DNA of 63,656 nucleotides, filler included, from Reclinomonas americana ATCC 50394 (Eukaryota): the NCBI GenBank assembly GCA_048213135.1. It is 14 parts of 14 records of this genome, joined end to end, with 100 filler letters (N's around TTAATTAATTAA, not from the genome) between each part and the next. Parts side by side here need not be neighbours in the genome. Positions count along the whole stretch, not along the records: positions 52,931 to 62,202 come from AFZH01023784.1; positions 62,303 to 63,656 come from AFZH01023790.1; 12 more parts are not named here. One strand, 5' to 3'. Shown here one piece after another: positions 52,931 through 63,656 of the stretch (its first letter is position 1; the number at the start of each line of letters is the position of its first letter). A program made the position numbers and the translations under genes. The notes beneath the pieces were generated by a model that worked only from the letters and a program-made list of their open reading frames with translations, was not told where the DNA came from and made no database searches.

Positions 52931-55900
52931 GTTGCACGAACAATGTCACCAGTGACTGTGTTTGTCGCAGTGACGCTGTCACCAAACACGGTTCCTCCGG
53001 CTGTGATGTCTGTCGATGCCGTAATCATGTTCGCTGATACGTTACCCATGGTCGTGATGTTGTCGCTGTTGAAGTCGACATCCGGGCCGACTGCGTTGGT
53101 GAGTTGGTTGCCCATGATCATAAGCTTGCCAGCGTTCAACGTCGTCGTCGCCGTCAGTGAATCCGCAACAATGGCATTGGATGCAGTCACGTTGTCGGCT
53201 GTCACATTTCCTGTCACTGATGCGTCACCAGTAATCTTAGCGCTCGCTGCAGTTACTGAGCCGCCGATTACTGCGCCACTTGTCGTAATGTTGTTTGTAC
53301 CGAAATTCACGTCGGCCCCGGTCGGGTTGGAAATGGTATTGCCCATAATCTCAATCTGCGCCACAGTCAAGCTTGTTGACGCGTTGACTGACGTGGCCAA
53401 CACTCCACCCTGTGTGGTAATGTTCTCCGACCCGAAATCCACCAAATCGCCACTCGGGTTCGTGATGCTTCCCATGTTAATCTGGAGCACACCGTCCGTA
53501 ATCGTCGTACCAGTGACTGTTGTCGCACTGACAGTGGATGCCTGGAGGCCCTCTGCAATGACATTTCCAGTCGTCACAATGTCCTCTGTGGCAAAGTCAA
53601 CTGTGGTTCCACTTGGATTGTGAATCGTTCCGTTTTCAATCACAAGAGTCCCGTCAGTCAACGTCGTTCCACTCACAGTTGTGGCAGTGACAGTGTTTGC
53701 TGAGACTGCGTTAGCATTAACGGCATCCGCGCTCACGTCTCCAGTCGTCGTCAAATTTTCTCCACCGAAGTCAACTGCAGGTCCAGTCGGATTCGTAATG
53801 CTGCCGTTTGACATCAAGAGGAAGCCGTCTGTCACAGATTTTGCGTTTACCGCCGTCGCGAATACCGATCCAGTTGATCGAATATTCTCAGCACCGAATG
53901 ACACGTCGCCTGAACCAGTGGTAATTGTGCCGTTGGTTCCGTCGTGCGTCAAAATCAACGTATTGGTTCCCGCACCGATGGTGACAGTGCTACCTGCGCC
54001 AGTGGCACTGATGTTTGTTGACGTCGAGACGTTGCCGAGGTCGTCTACCGAAAAGTTGCCAGCGGTGCCCACGCGTGCTGAAGTGCCGCGCAATTCGCTG
54101 GTCGCCGTCACCGAAGCACCAGTCACCGATCCAAGTGTTGTCAAATTCTCGTTGCCGAAGTCAACAACGAAACCAGAAGGGTTTGTGATGCGACCACCGG
54201 CAATTTCGAGAGTGCCGTCAGACAGAGTTGCCGCGGTAATGACTCCAGTCGTCAAGAGATCTTCGCTTCCAAAGCTAACCGTGGTGCCTGTCGGGTTGGT
54301 GATTGCCCCGTTTGCGATGGTGAGCGTCCCGTCTGTCAAAGTTGCGGCGGTCACTGTTCCGCGAGTCACCAAGTCCTCAGACCCGAACGAAATCGAAGTG
54401 CCGATGGGGTTGGTAATTGCACCGTGCGAGATTTCAATCGTTCCATCTGTCAGCGTTGTAGCAGTCACAGTCGTTCCCGTAAAAGCATACGCGTCAACAT
54501 TTCCAGTGGTCACCAAGTTCTCGGCGCCGAAATTCACAGTCGTTCCAGATGGATTCGTAATGCTACCGTTCGCCATCACCAACACACCGTCGGTAAGCGA
54601 AGTGCCAGAAATCGTTCCTGCTTGCACATTGCCGGACGTCACAAGGTTCTCGATGCCAAAGTCGACGCCGTGCCCGACGGGTTTGTGATGCTGCCTCCAG
54701 AAATCTCCAGAACGCCGTCAGTAAGAGTTCCGCCAGATACTGTGCCAGCAGATACAGTCGTGGCTGTGACAGCAACAGCTGCAACGGTACCAGTGGTCGT
54801 CAGATCCTCTGCGCCGAAGTCAACTGCTGCTCCTGCAGGATTGGTGATGGAGCCGCCCGAAATTTCGAGGGTTCCGTCCGTCAAAACAGTCGCAGCCACG
54901 GACGATGCAGTCACACTGTTCGCCGCGACACCGCTAGCGTTCACTTGCCCAGTTGTCGTCAGATTCTCTGCACCAAAGTCAACAGCAAGTCCGACTGGGT
55001 TCGTGATAGATCCGTGCGAAATCTGGAGCGTCCCGTCCGTCAAAACAGAACCGCGCACCGTAGCCGCAGTTACTTCGCCAGTTGTCGAGACGTTGTCATC
55101 GTCAAAAGAAATCGTTCCGTTCACAGCATCAGTGGAGATAACCGTTGTCGTGCCGGGCACAATCGTAAGCAAACGACGAGCAGTGTTTCCCACTGTCAGC
55201 GAGTCGTCAGCGGTAACAGTTCCTGCGCGTGCGTTGCCGGAGACAACCAGCTCGCCGAGGTTTCCTGTAGCATACTTGTTAGCAATTTGAGTTGTTGATT
55301 GTGCGAATCAGAGCTGTTGACACACACCTTGAGCAATCACTGCCTTATTGGCAGACACAGCTGTCGCTGACACACTGCCAGTGGTCGTGAGATTGTCGTC
55401 ACCAAACGAAATGGTTCCGTTGATCGCGTCAAGCGACACTTCCGTCGCACCAACTCCAGGTGAGATTGTCAAAATGCGGTTCGCGACAGTTCCAACAGTC
55501 AAGGTCGACCGGGCGGTGATGTCGTCACCAGAAACATCGTTGAATGAAGCCTCGCCAGCAGTGAGGCTTCCACTGATGGCAACGGTGCCAAAAGAGCCCG
55601 ATGCAGCGGAAACACCGCCGCTCGCCGCAAGCGATGCTCCGTGAATGTCACCAGTTGTCGACAAAGTCTCGTCGCCGAATGAAATCGTTCCGTGGACCGC
55701 GTCAAGAGAAATCTCGGTCGTTGGTCCAGGAGTGATGGTCAGAATGTTATCGGTTGTGTCGCCCACCGTAAGCATGCCACCCACGGATACGTCAGTGCCG
55801 CTGACATTACCAAACGTCGCCGTTCCGCCGACAATGTTACCAGAAGTGAGCAAGTTTCCGCTTGCACCGATAGTGAGCGCACCACCGGCAAACGTCGCCG

Positions 55901-58900
55901 TTGTGCTGCTGATGTTAGCACTCGTCGTGATGTTATCGTCACCGAAAGAAATGATTCCTCCGACAGCGTCAAGCGAAATCTCGGTTGTCGCGCCTGGAGT
56001 GATCGACAGAACCTTGTCAGTCGTATCACCAACAGTGAGTTTGCCGGTCGCCAGAACCTCACGCCCGGAGAGAAGCCCGCCGGCTAAGGTCGTGTCAGTG
56101 AGTAGACAGATTGCATGCAGAACACGACGCAATGAGCACAAATCTTACCAGTAATGTCGTTCGCGCTGACAAATGAGTCGACAGCAACGGTCGTTGCCGA
56201 CACAACACCAGTTGTTGTCAGGTTTTCTTCTCCAAAGTCAATCGTCGTGCCCATCGGATTGGTGATCGTTCCCAAAGTCATCACCAACGTGCCGTCGGTG
56301 AGCGTCGCCGCAGAAACCGTGTCCGAAAAGACGGTGCCAGTGGTGGTAATGTTCTCCTCGCCAAAATCAACTGCGGAAACAATGCACGAGTTAGAATTGG
56401 TGTGGAGGTGTGGAAACGATCCCTGCCGACGCACTGTTTGGTCCAGTGGGATTCGTAATGCTTCCGTCTGAAATCTCAATCTGACCGTCTGTCAATGTTC
56501 CAGCAGCCACCTGTGGGTAAAACATACAAGATGCGCAAGTTGATGAGTCTTGTCTGCACCGCCGTCATGTTCCACAGCACTGAAAAACAAACCTTGCGGG
56601 CTCCGACGCTACCACCACTGACAATGTCATTGACTCCAAAGTCAATAACAGGGCCGGTTGGGTTGGTGATCGAGTTTCCGACAATCGTCAGGGTGCCGTC
56701 CGTCAGTGTTGCAGCGGAAACCACACGACTGAGCACTGAGCCACGAGTGTGTAGGTCTTCGTCGCCAAAGTCGATCGACGATCCCAGCGGATTGACAATC
56801 GTTCCTGCGTTGATCTTTGATGCCGTCACAGTGTCTGCCGTCACTCCACCAGCGCTTGTCACCAAGCTTGCGGCGCTGATAACGTCAGCAGCCACAGTAC
56901 CAGGCGTGGTCAAGTTGCCGCCAGAAATGTCAAGCGTGCCATCAGTGAGCGTCGAAGCGGAGACAAGATTCGCGCTGACAGTCTGGCCAGTGATCTTCTT
57001 GCCGGTGATGTCACCGGTCGTCTTCAGGTCGCTCGATCCGAAATCCAAGGTACCGCTTGAGCTCGTGATAGTTCCCGACCCGAGCACAATGTTGTCGATA
57101 GTCGCAGTTCCGTGAACTTCAAGCTTGTCGTCGATAATTACGCTGTGGTGAATGAATATTCGTCAGAAACATGGCTTCTTACAGACCCGACGAAATGCAG
57201 CGTGCGACGAACCATTGGCTTTCGAAACATTCACAGTGAGCACCGGAGTACCCCGGATTGCAAACACACGCATTGGTCTGGTTCGGATCGCACCGACCAC
57301 GACCCTCCGCATAGCCGCTGCACGAGACGATCGTTTCATAATGAACAGAACGACCAGTATGCGTAGGTGGCTGGTAAAAAGGAAAAGCACACAAACCATG
57401 ACGATTGGTGGCAAGTGCAACTGAGGCCGCCGAATCCGGCTGTGCAAGCACAGCGACCATCGGTGCTGTGCGGATCGCACGTCGAGTTCGGTGGGCTGCA
57501 AAGTATGGCCAGGTTTAGTGCCAATCATTCGGTTACAGGGCATAGTAAAGCGTTCTCTTTCCCACTGCCTCACCACAGCGCTTCTTCGCAGGCACACGTC
57601 GCTCCACCGAATCCAGGGTCGCAACGGCAACTTCCATCAGCGGCATTTGGATCGCAGCTCGCATGTGGCGGGCTGTACGTCAGGGCAGTGTCAAAAATCT
57701 CTTCACAGTCCGACACCTCTGCCGACCAACATTACCATCGGGACTCGACACACGCACAGTTGATGCCACCGATTCCGGGCTCACAGAGGCAGCTGCCATC
57801 AGCGGCGTTGGGATTGCACACGCCCCATTTGCTGTGGATTGTTCACAAGCACACGAAAAGGGTAAGCACTCGCACGGTGAAACGGGTCTTGTTATGACTA
57901 CGCACCAGTTCGCTTCGAGGCACAGGCAGTTTGCGCCACCAAAGCCATCAGCACAGCGGCAACGGCCATCAGCTGCAACCGGATCGCATGACTGGTTCGG
58001 ACCACTGCACATGCAACGAAAGGAAATCAGATTGAAATTCTGATTCGTGCAAAATAATAGAAAAATTTCTTACCAGCTGGCTTGCGAACATCCGCAGTTC
58101 ACACCACCAAAGCCGGGCGGGCAAGAGCACGAGCCGTCAGTCGCGGTCGGCGCGCAGTGTCCTCCGTTCAAGCTGTGGAAATGGACGTTGAGAAAGACCT
58201 ACTGATAGTGTGAAGAGAATCTGGCACTATCTTGTCGCACGTACCAATCGGACTGGCGACACTTGCAGTAGGCACCACCGTAACCCGGAGCGCACAGGCA
58301 TGAACCGTCAACCGCGTTGGGATCGCACGTTCCGTTCGGCGCGCTGCGAATATTAGGAGAAACGAATTAAGAACGCGTCAAATAATTGGGCACGGTTGCT
58401 GACGACCAACGTGGTACACATGCTACTCACCAAGACGATGAGACACAGGCGCTGCGAGGGGTGCACAGCAACATTTGCCACTGTTAGTCAGAAGTGTATA
58501 TTAGTCGTCAATGACAAGAATTTCGCGTTTCGTACCAATTTGCTCCGCCACGGCCAGGAAGGCAGTCCGTGCTGCACGAACCGTCTGCCGCAAGCGCGTC
58601 ACACGTAGTGCCAAGAGCGGCACTGAATTCATTGGTCAGTGAGTCTGCATTTCAAAAAGACTCCATGACAATCTGATGACGTACCACGTCGACGTCGCAC
58701 ACGCGCAGTTCGATCCGCCGAAGCCGGCAGGGCACAGGCACTTGTGGGTCATGTTGTCGCAGATGCCACCATTGAGGCAGGTTCCCGGACCGCAGGGGGG
58801 AATGCTGCAGGAACCGTCGCCGGCCGCTCCATCATTGCAGAGCGAACCCTGAGGGCATGTGCAGTAGTTTCCACACGTCGGGCCGTAGAACCCCGGACTG

Positions 58901-59683
58901 CAGGTGCAAAACCCGGTACTCGGATTGCAGACACCGTGCCCAGAACTGTGTGCAGTCAGTTAGCATTCGGTATGTGATCAGACATTTGTACTTGTTACCA
59001 ACCACTGATGCGTGCACAGGTCGACAAATGCAGGAATGCTGCAGTCGATTCCATGCCACATTGGTTGGCACGTGCAGCTGACACCGTCAGGGTTGCACAC
59101 TCCGTTTCCGTGGCAGGTCACCGACGGCTGGCAATTGCTGTTACCAAACAAAAAGAACCACAAACAATGAATCAAACTAAATAGGGCAACATTCACACAA
59201 AAATCCTGCAACACATGCGCACCAACGATCGCCGCCAAATCCTGGTGCGCAAGAGCACAGTCCAGTTGACGGGTTGCAGGCGCCATTCGTGGGACCTCCG
59301 CAAGTCTGAATGTTGTTGCACTGACACTGAGGGCCGAGCCAATCAGCATCGCACACGCAAGAACCGCTCTGGCATGTTCCATGCCCGGAGCTGCAGGAGT
59401 TGGTGAGGCGCAGATTGTAGTCAGCATTTCGAACAACAGCAAGTGGGTGGACATTGACAACGTATAAATCACCAGTCTGCGTTGGAAGTGCAAGCGGCGG
59501 TAACCAGCAAAGGCTGCAAGGTGAGAAGCAGCGCCAGAGCGAGCACCAAGCTTGCTACAAATGCATTTGACACCTGCGATTAATGCAAAATAACATTGTC
59601 AATTAGATGTCCAGTTGCAGTCCACGGTTGCCAGCTGCCGTGCTTACCGAAGTGGATGAACGACGGAAGTTGAATCCCGTCAT
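52931..59683 (-). CDS. Large secreted protein: signal peptide + ~13-14 EGF-like repeats + ~22 beta-rich fibre-like repeats, 3' truncated, one apparent frameshift near 54667
   Basis: MTGFNFRRSSTS|VSNAFVASLVLALALLLTLQPLLVTA; EGF exons (CSGHGTC...CxCxPGFGGxNC) at ~57190-59480; repeats LTDGTLxIxxGSITNPxGxxVDFGxENLTTTG at 52931-57140. Confidence 0.85.
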
Positions 59684-60673
59684 CAGTGTCAGTTGGAGTT
59701 CACGCAGTGATCTGCAATAAGTTGGTAACTGAGTGTGAGTAACATTACGTGCCAAAAAAAGCCCCCGACATGCAAATGGTCATCAACATCTACATGTGCA
59801 GTTGCTGATATCTACTACACATAATCGTGTTCCTGCCTACGCGTACCAACACTCGCACACACTCACACACAGCGCATATTGGTGACCCAGCGCAAAGTTG
59901 AACTCACCACACGGAACCCTTGGTTTTGTTGTTTTTTTGTTTTTGAAGATTTTTTGATTGTTTCCAATAGCGTAGTAACAGCTGACTGCTGTAGTCGATC
60001 TCGCACAACTGGCTTTCTTGTGCTGTGACTGTGTAGGAGAGAACAGCAAAGGTTAGTTTTGCGGTGTGATTAGTGATTTTGGCGGGAAATGGTTAACTCA
60101 CCACTTGTTGTGTACGCACTTGTCTAATGCGCGAATGTGGCTAAGCGTGCACCCAAAAAGCTCCTGCGAGTGCGTATCAAAATGTTAGCATCATCTGCAG
60201 GCAAGCATTCACAAAGCAAACTCACTCTGCAGAGGACATGGAAGACGGAAAGAGAGACAGCACGTTGATGATCCACGAAAGAGGAGAACAAGTGCTAACT
60301 CGGCGGCTTCTGCTGCACGTGTTTCTAGATCTGTGCACCCGTGGAACCAACCTTAGCCTTGGATACAAGCCCGGGTCACTCCACACACCCTTTGGCAAAA
60401 AAACCAGAATAAGGCTTTTGCCAGCGTTCACCTGCGTTCACGTGTGTTCACAAGCATGTAGGTCACAGAAATTGTGTTGCACAATCAAGATATATGGGTG
60501 CAATCGCGGGGCGAGGCTATATAGCTAGCGCTCCGGCCGCGGCCGGCGCCAGCATGCTCTCTTGCGTCTGTACAGCAACGATCGACACGGCAAATCATTG
60601 AGGTACAAAAATTCAACAATGGCAAAAATCAAGCTTTCATCAGAGACAGTGGCCACCACAGATGCACACAAAG

Positions 60674-61189
60674 TCAGCAGGCGTGATCACTTCTCGCCGC
60701 CGTCACAGCCAGATCGACGATTTGGCGTACTACTTCGCGATCCAGATGACTGACAGGCTGAGAACGGATGATGAAAACACGCAACCATCCTCTCCCCTCC
60801 CCTCCCCTTCACTGACCGATTGCTCTCGATCTTCGCTTGCAGAGCACAGTAATGTGGTGTCTACTCCAATGGCGCACACCAGCGGGCGCTGCGGAAGGAT
60901 GACTCTGGATGCCACCAATCTGTGCATGCACAGTGCGTCACACGGTCAAATTTCTTTGTCTTGTCATTGTGCCAACACAGCGACTTACTCTCGCGCAAGC
61001 AGGCGCACAACGAGCTCAAGGACCTCATCATCGCGTGAGCCCAGCATGCATTCCACGTTGATGAGCGGTTCACTTTCCTCACGCGGCATCTCGTGCACGT
61101 CAAGGGTCGCCGATGCGGCAACAAGCTCGTGAGAGAGTCGGTACTGCGAATGCCGCGTGTTTAGAGAGAGCGCAGAGGACGAATGCACG

Positions 61190-61221
<32 letters not shown>

Positions 61222-61356
61222 GTTGGTGCGCGTGAGTGTGCTCACCAAGGAACCGGGCTTTCCCGTTTGAGTCAACACCAGTAGTGTTGAGTCAGAGAAC
61301 TTGGTGAGGCAAGCACAGGTTGTGCGGCCAGCAATCTTTGTCGTCAGTACAGGCAT
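60674..61356 (-). CDS. PSMG3: Proteasome assembly chaperone 3 (PAC3/PSMG3)-like, 4 exons
   Basis: IAGRTTCACLTKFSDSTLLVLTQTGKPGSL|...VECMLGSRDDEVLELVVRLLA...RPLVCAIGV resembles recalled PAC3 (FSSHILVVVTQFGKMGTL...LLGQDE). Confidence 0.7.
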
Positions 61357-61417
61357 TGCTCACGCACTGAAAAATGCTCACTCGCGGCAGACGATAGAAT
61401 TTCACTTTTTCGGTGCA

Positions 61418-62078
61418 CTACGTCGAGTTGGAGGGTGCAGTGGTGGTGGTGGCAGCGCCATCGCCATCCTTGGACGTCTGCCGCTTGAACTGCACCAAGA
61501 CGGGGTAGATGTTGCGGAAAGCTGAGTAAATGTCCTCTTTTGTCTGTGGTTGAATGACAGTACACGGCATGTTAATGTGGCGCGGTAAGCAGCACGTGCG
61601 ACTGCGTAGCTTGTGGTGTACCTTGGCGCCAGTCAGCACAACTTTCCCGGAGGCAAATATCAGCAGCGCGACTTTCGGGACCAGCATGCGGTACACCGCT
61701 CCGGGGAACAGCTCTGGCTCGTACTGCCGACACATACGCGTCGGTGTTAGCACCGGCTCACGAATACGCACGTGTACAGGTAGGGGGTGTGCGATACGGC
61801 GACTCGCGTACCGTGACAAATATCTCGTGCTGGGTGGCAAGTAACTCCAGACGCACTTGAAAGCGCACGTCGCAGGAGGCAACAATGTTCTGAATCTTGA
61901 AATCCTGCTCAACCCACTTGGCGGGGAAGTCAAGCTTTTGAATAATACGCGCATACTTGCGTGCCGCTATCCGTGACTGGTGTTCGCTCTTTGCTCCCGT
62001 GACAACAATACGACCAGAGGCAAAGATGAGCGCCGTCGTTTTGGGGTCGCGGATTCGCATGATAACCGCGGCAAAGCG
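61418..62078 (-). CDS. TBP: TATA-binding protein, 3' exons (5' missing)
   Basis: [22 protein letters not shown]...[12 protein letters not shown]...[12 protein letters not shown]...YEPELFPG...[15 protein letters not shown]. Confidence 0.96.
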
Positions 62079-62115
62079 CTGCAAGTACCCAACAACAGCG
62101 TAAACGCGATACCAT

Positions 62116-62179
<64 letters not shown>

Positions 62180-62202
62180 GACGACTACGTACGTTACGTT
62201 GT

Positions 62203-62302
62203 NNNNNNNNNNNNNNNNNNNNNNNNNNNNNNNNNNNNNNNNNNNNTTAATTAATTAANNNNNNNNNNNNNNNNNNNNNNNNNNNNNNNNNNNNNNNNNN
62301 NN
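62203..62302. other. Artificial contig linker
   Basis: 44N-TTAATTAATTAA-44N. Confidence 0.99.
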
Positions 62303-62303
62303 G

Positions 62304-62465
62304 GTCCTCGATGCACTCGGTGACGCCGGATACCGCGACGTGGAAGAAGTGAAGACGGCTGAGGAGGATCTGATGTTCTCTCTGCCCAAGGAGCTGCGCC
62401 AGGACTCCACCGGCCAGCGCGACGCCCGGGCGCTCGGCGGTCGTGCCTCAGGAGGAGGCGCGTAG
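62304..62465 (+). CDS. ispH: C-terminus of IspH/LytB (HMBPP reductase), actinobacterial type
   Basis: [32 protein letters not shown]...*. Absent from the ORF track. Confidence 0.85.
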   Translation, partial: VLDALGDAGYRDVEEVKTAEEDLMFSLPKELRQDSTGQRDARALGGRASGGGA

Positions 62466-62467
62466 CG

Positions 62468-63259
62468 GTGAGCCCGACGGAGGGCGAGCCGACTCTCATC
62501 GGGTCGGTGCAGCGCGCACTCCGTCTCGTCGACATCGTCGCGAACTCGCCCCGTCCGCTGCCGGCGAAGATGCTGGCCACCGCCACCGGGCTGACCCCCG
62601 GCACGACGTACAACCTCATCCGAACTCTGATCCACGAGGGATATCTGTCCGCGGAGCCCGATGGCCTCGTGCTCGGCACCCGGTTCCCGTCCTTCCAGCA
62701 GGAGATCGACTCGCGAGGGGTTTTCCTCGCCCGCGTGCGCTCCGCCCTGCGGAAGGTGACGGAGGAGGTCGGCGCGACCGCCTATCTGTCTCGCTTCGAC
62801 GACGGCGAGATGCACCTCGTCGACATCGTCGACGCCGTGCACAATCCGCGGGTCGAGCTCTGGGTCGGCCTGCAGTCCAGCGCCCACGCCACGGCCCTCG
62901 GCAAGCAGATCCTCGCGGAGCTTCCCGACGAGCACCGGCTCGACTACCTGGCGCGGCACCGCCTGGAGGAGCTGACGCCTCGCACCATCAGCGATCGCCA
63001 CACGCTGCTGACGCAGCTCGAGCATTCTCCGGGCTGGGTGGTGGATCAGGAGGAATACGTCATCGGAGCGACGTGCGTCGCCGTGCCGGTGATCGCTCCG
63101 AACATCACCGCCTCGCTGGCGATCTCGCTGCCCTCGGAGCTCGCCGTCGTGGATCGAGCACTGGTTTCCCGTCTCCAGAGCGTGGCGCGGAGGCTGTCTC
63201 TCCAGCTCGGAGCCGATGCGTTGGACGCGGGCACGCCCGATGTCGAGTTCACTATCTGA
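62468..63259 (+). CDS. IclR-family transcriptional regulator
   Basis: IGSVQRALRLVD HTH, GTTYNLIRTL, AHATALGKQILA, EEYVIGATCVAVPV; GAGGAG RBS upstream. Confidence 0.93.
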   Translation: MSPTEGEPTLIGSVQRALRLVDIVANSPRPLPAKMLATATGLTPGTTYNLIRTLIHEGYLSAEPDGLVLGTRFPSFQQEIDSRGVFLARVRSALRKVTEEVGATAYLSRFDDGEMHLVDIVDAVHNPRVELWVGLQSSAHATALGKQILAELPDEHRLDYLARHRLEELTPRTISDRHTLLTQLEHSPGWVVDQEEYVIGATCVAVPVIAPNITASLAISLPSELAVVDRALVSRLQSVARRLSLQLGADALDAGTPDVEFTI

Positions 63260-63295
63260 AGTTTCCGCTCTAGCGCGGGGGGGCGAGGGTCTTCC

Positions 63296-63301
63296 TATGA
63301 T
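63296..63301 (+). promoter_or_regulatory. -10 element TATGAT
   Basis: TANNNT hexamer 5 nt upstream of the first hairpin of the candidate sRNA. Confidence 0.5.
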
Positions 63302-63306
63302 CAGAA

Positions 63307-63449
63307 CTGTAGGCGTCTGTGCAAACGGCCCTGCAGATTCGCGGAGGGTCCCCAGCTCTGCGTGAATCCACTTGGATGACGAGCGTCCCCAGCGTTCCGA
63401 GTCCGCGGCCCCGAGGAGTCCCCAATTCTCCGGGGCCGCCATCATTTTC
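63307..63449 (+). ncRNA. Candidate sRNA: four hairpins, three with GUCCCCA loops
   Basis: Stems 63307-63336, 63336-63368, 63371-63401 and 63405-63439; GTCCCCA at 63348, 63385 and 63418; weak T-tract after the last stem. Confidence 0.65.
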
Positions 63450-63500
63450 GGCGGTGTCCTGCTGTGAGCCGCTCCGAGCCACGGCGATTAGCATGGCGGG

Positions 63501-63656
63501 ATGACCGATCAGCGTCCTCAGTACGGCGAACTCGCGACCCCCGAGGAGCAGCGGAGAGCGGCGGGTCTTCCGCCGCTGAGCGAGGTCGTGGCTGAGCCGG
63601 TCTTCACGACCCCAGCGCCGGGGCCGGTCGTCGCGGATGCGGCTCCGCGCCGCCCC
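63501..63656 (+). CDS. N-terminus of a Microbacteriaceae membrane protein (DUF6264-like)
   Basis: MTDQRPQYGELATPEEQRRAAGLPP. The RPQYGExATPEEQR motif is recalled from proteins encoded downstream of ispH. Confidence 0.65.
   Translation, partial: MTDQRPQYGELATPEEQRRAAGLPPLSEVVAEPVFTTPAPGPVVADAAPRRP

Noticed and set aside
63336..63439. Mini-CRISPR or REP cluster
   Set aside because: Only the 7-nt loops repeat while the stems differ, which fits a structured RNA better.

Overview
This window is a concatenation of 14 contigs joined by 13 identical artificial 100-bp linkers (44 N + TTAATTAATTAA + 44 N, stops in all six frames), so it is not one genome. Ten contigs come from one or more intron-rich, microsatellite-laden eukaryotic microbes. 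They encode ARPC1, a VAMP7-like SNARE, PPIL3, COMMD7, a tandem pair of NB-ARC/TPR NLR-like genes plus a relic of a third copy, a PH-domain exon pair, an SLC43/FMP42-like MFS transporter, a secreted GEVED + >=9 Ig-like repeat protein, a Clu-domain protein, a secreted EGF + phage-fibre-like repeat protein, PAC3 and TBP. Three contigs (7610-15032) are high-GC and look alphaproteobacterial: two MCPs, a frameshifted rhomboid-TPR fusion, a YdeN hydrolase, VapC, a BASS transporter, and a DadA-like oxidoreductase with a 31-bp-phased operator array. The last contig looks like Microbacteriaceae (ispH 3' end, IclR regulator, candidate sRNA with three GUCCCCA loops). The best candidates for undescribed biology are the EGF/phage-fibre chimera, the protist NLR-like array (one copy ends in a CaaX box), the eukaryotic GEVED adhesin and the actinobacterial C-rich-loop sRNA. 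All exon models and family calls were read by eye with no database search, so eukaryotic coordinates are gene spans and taxonomy is inferred.
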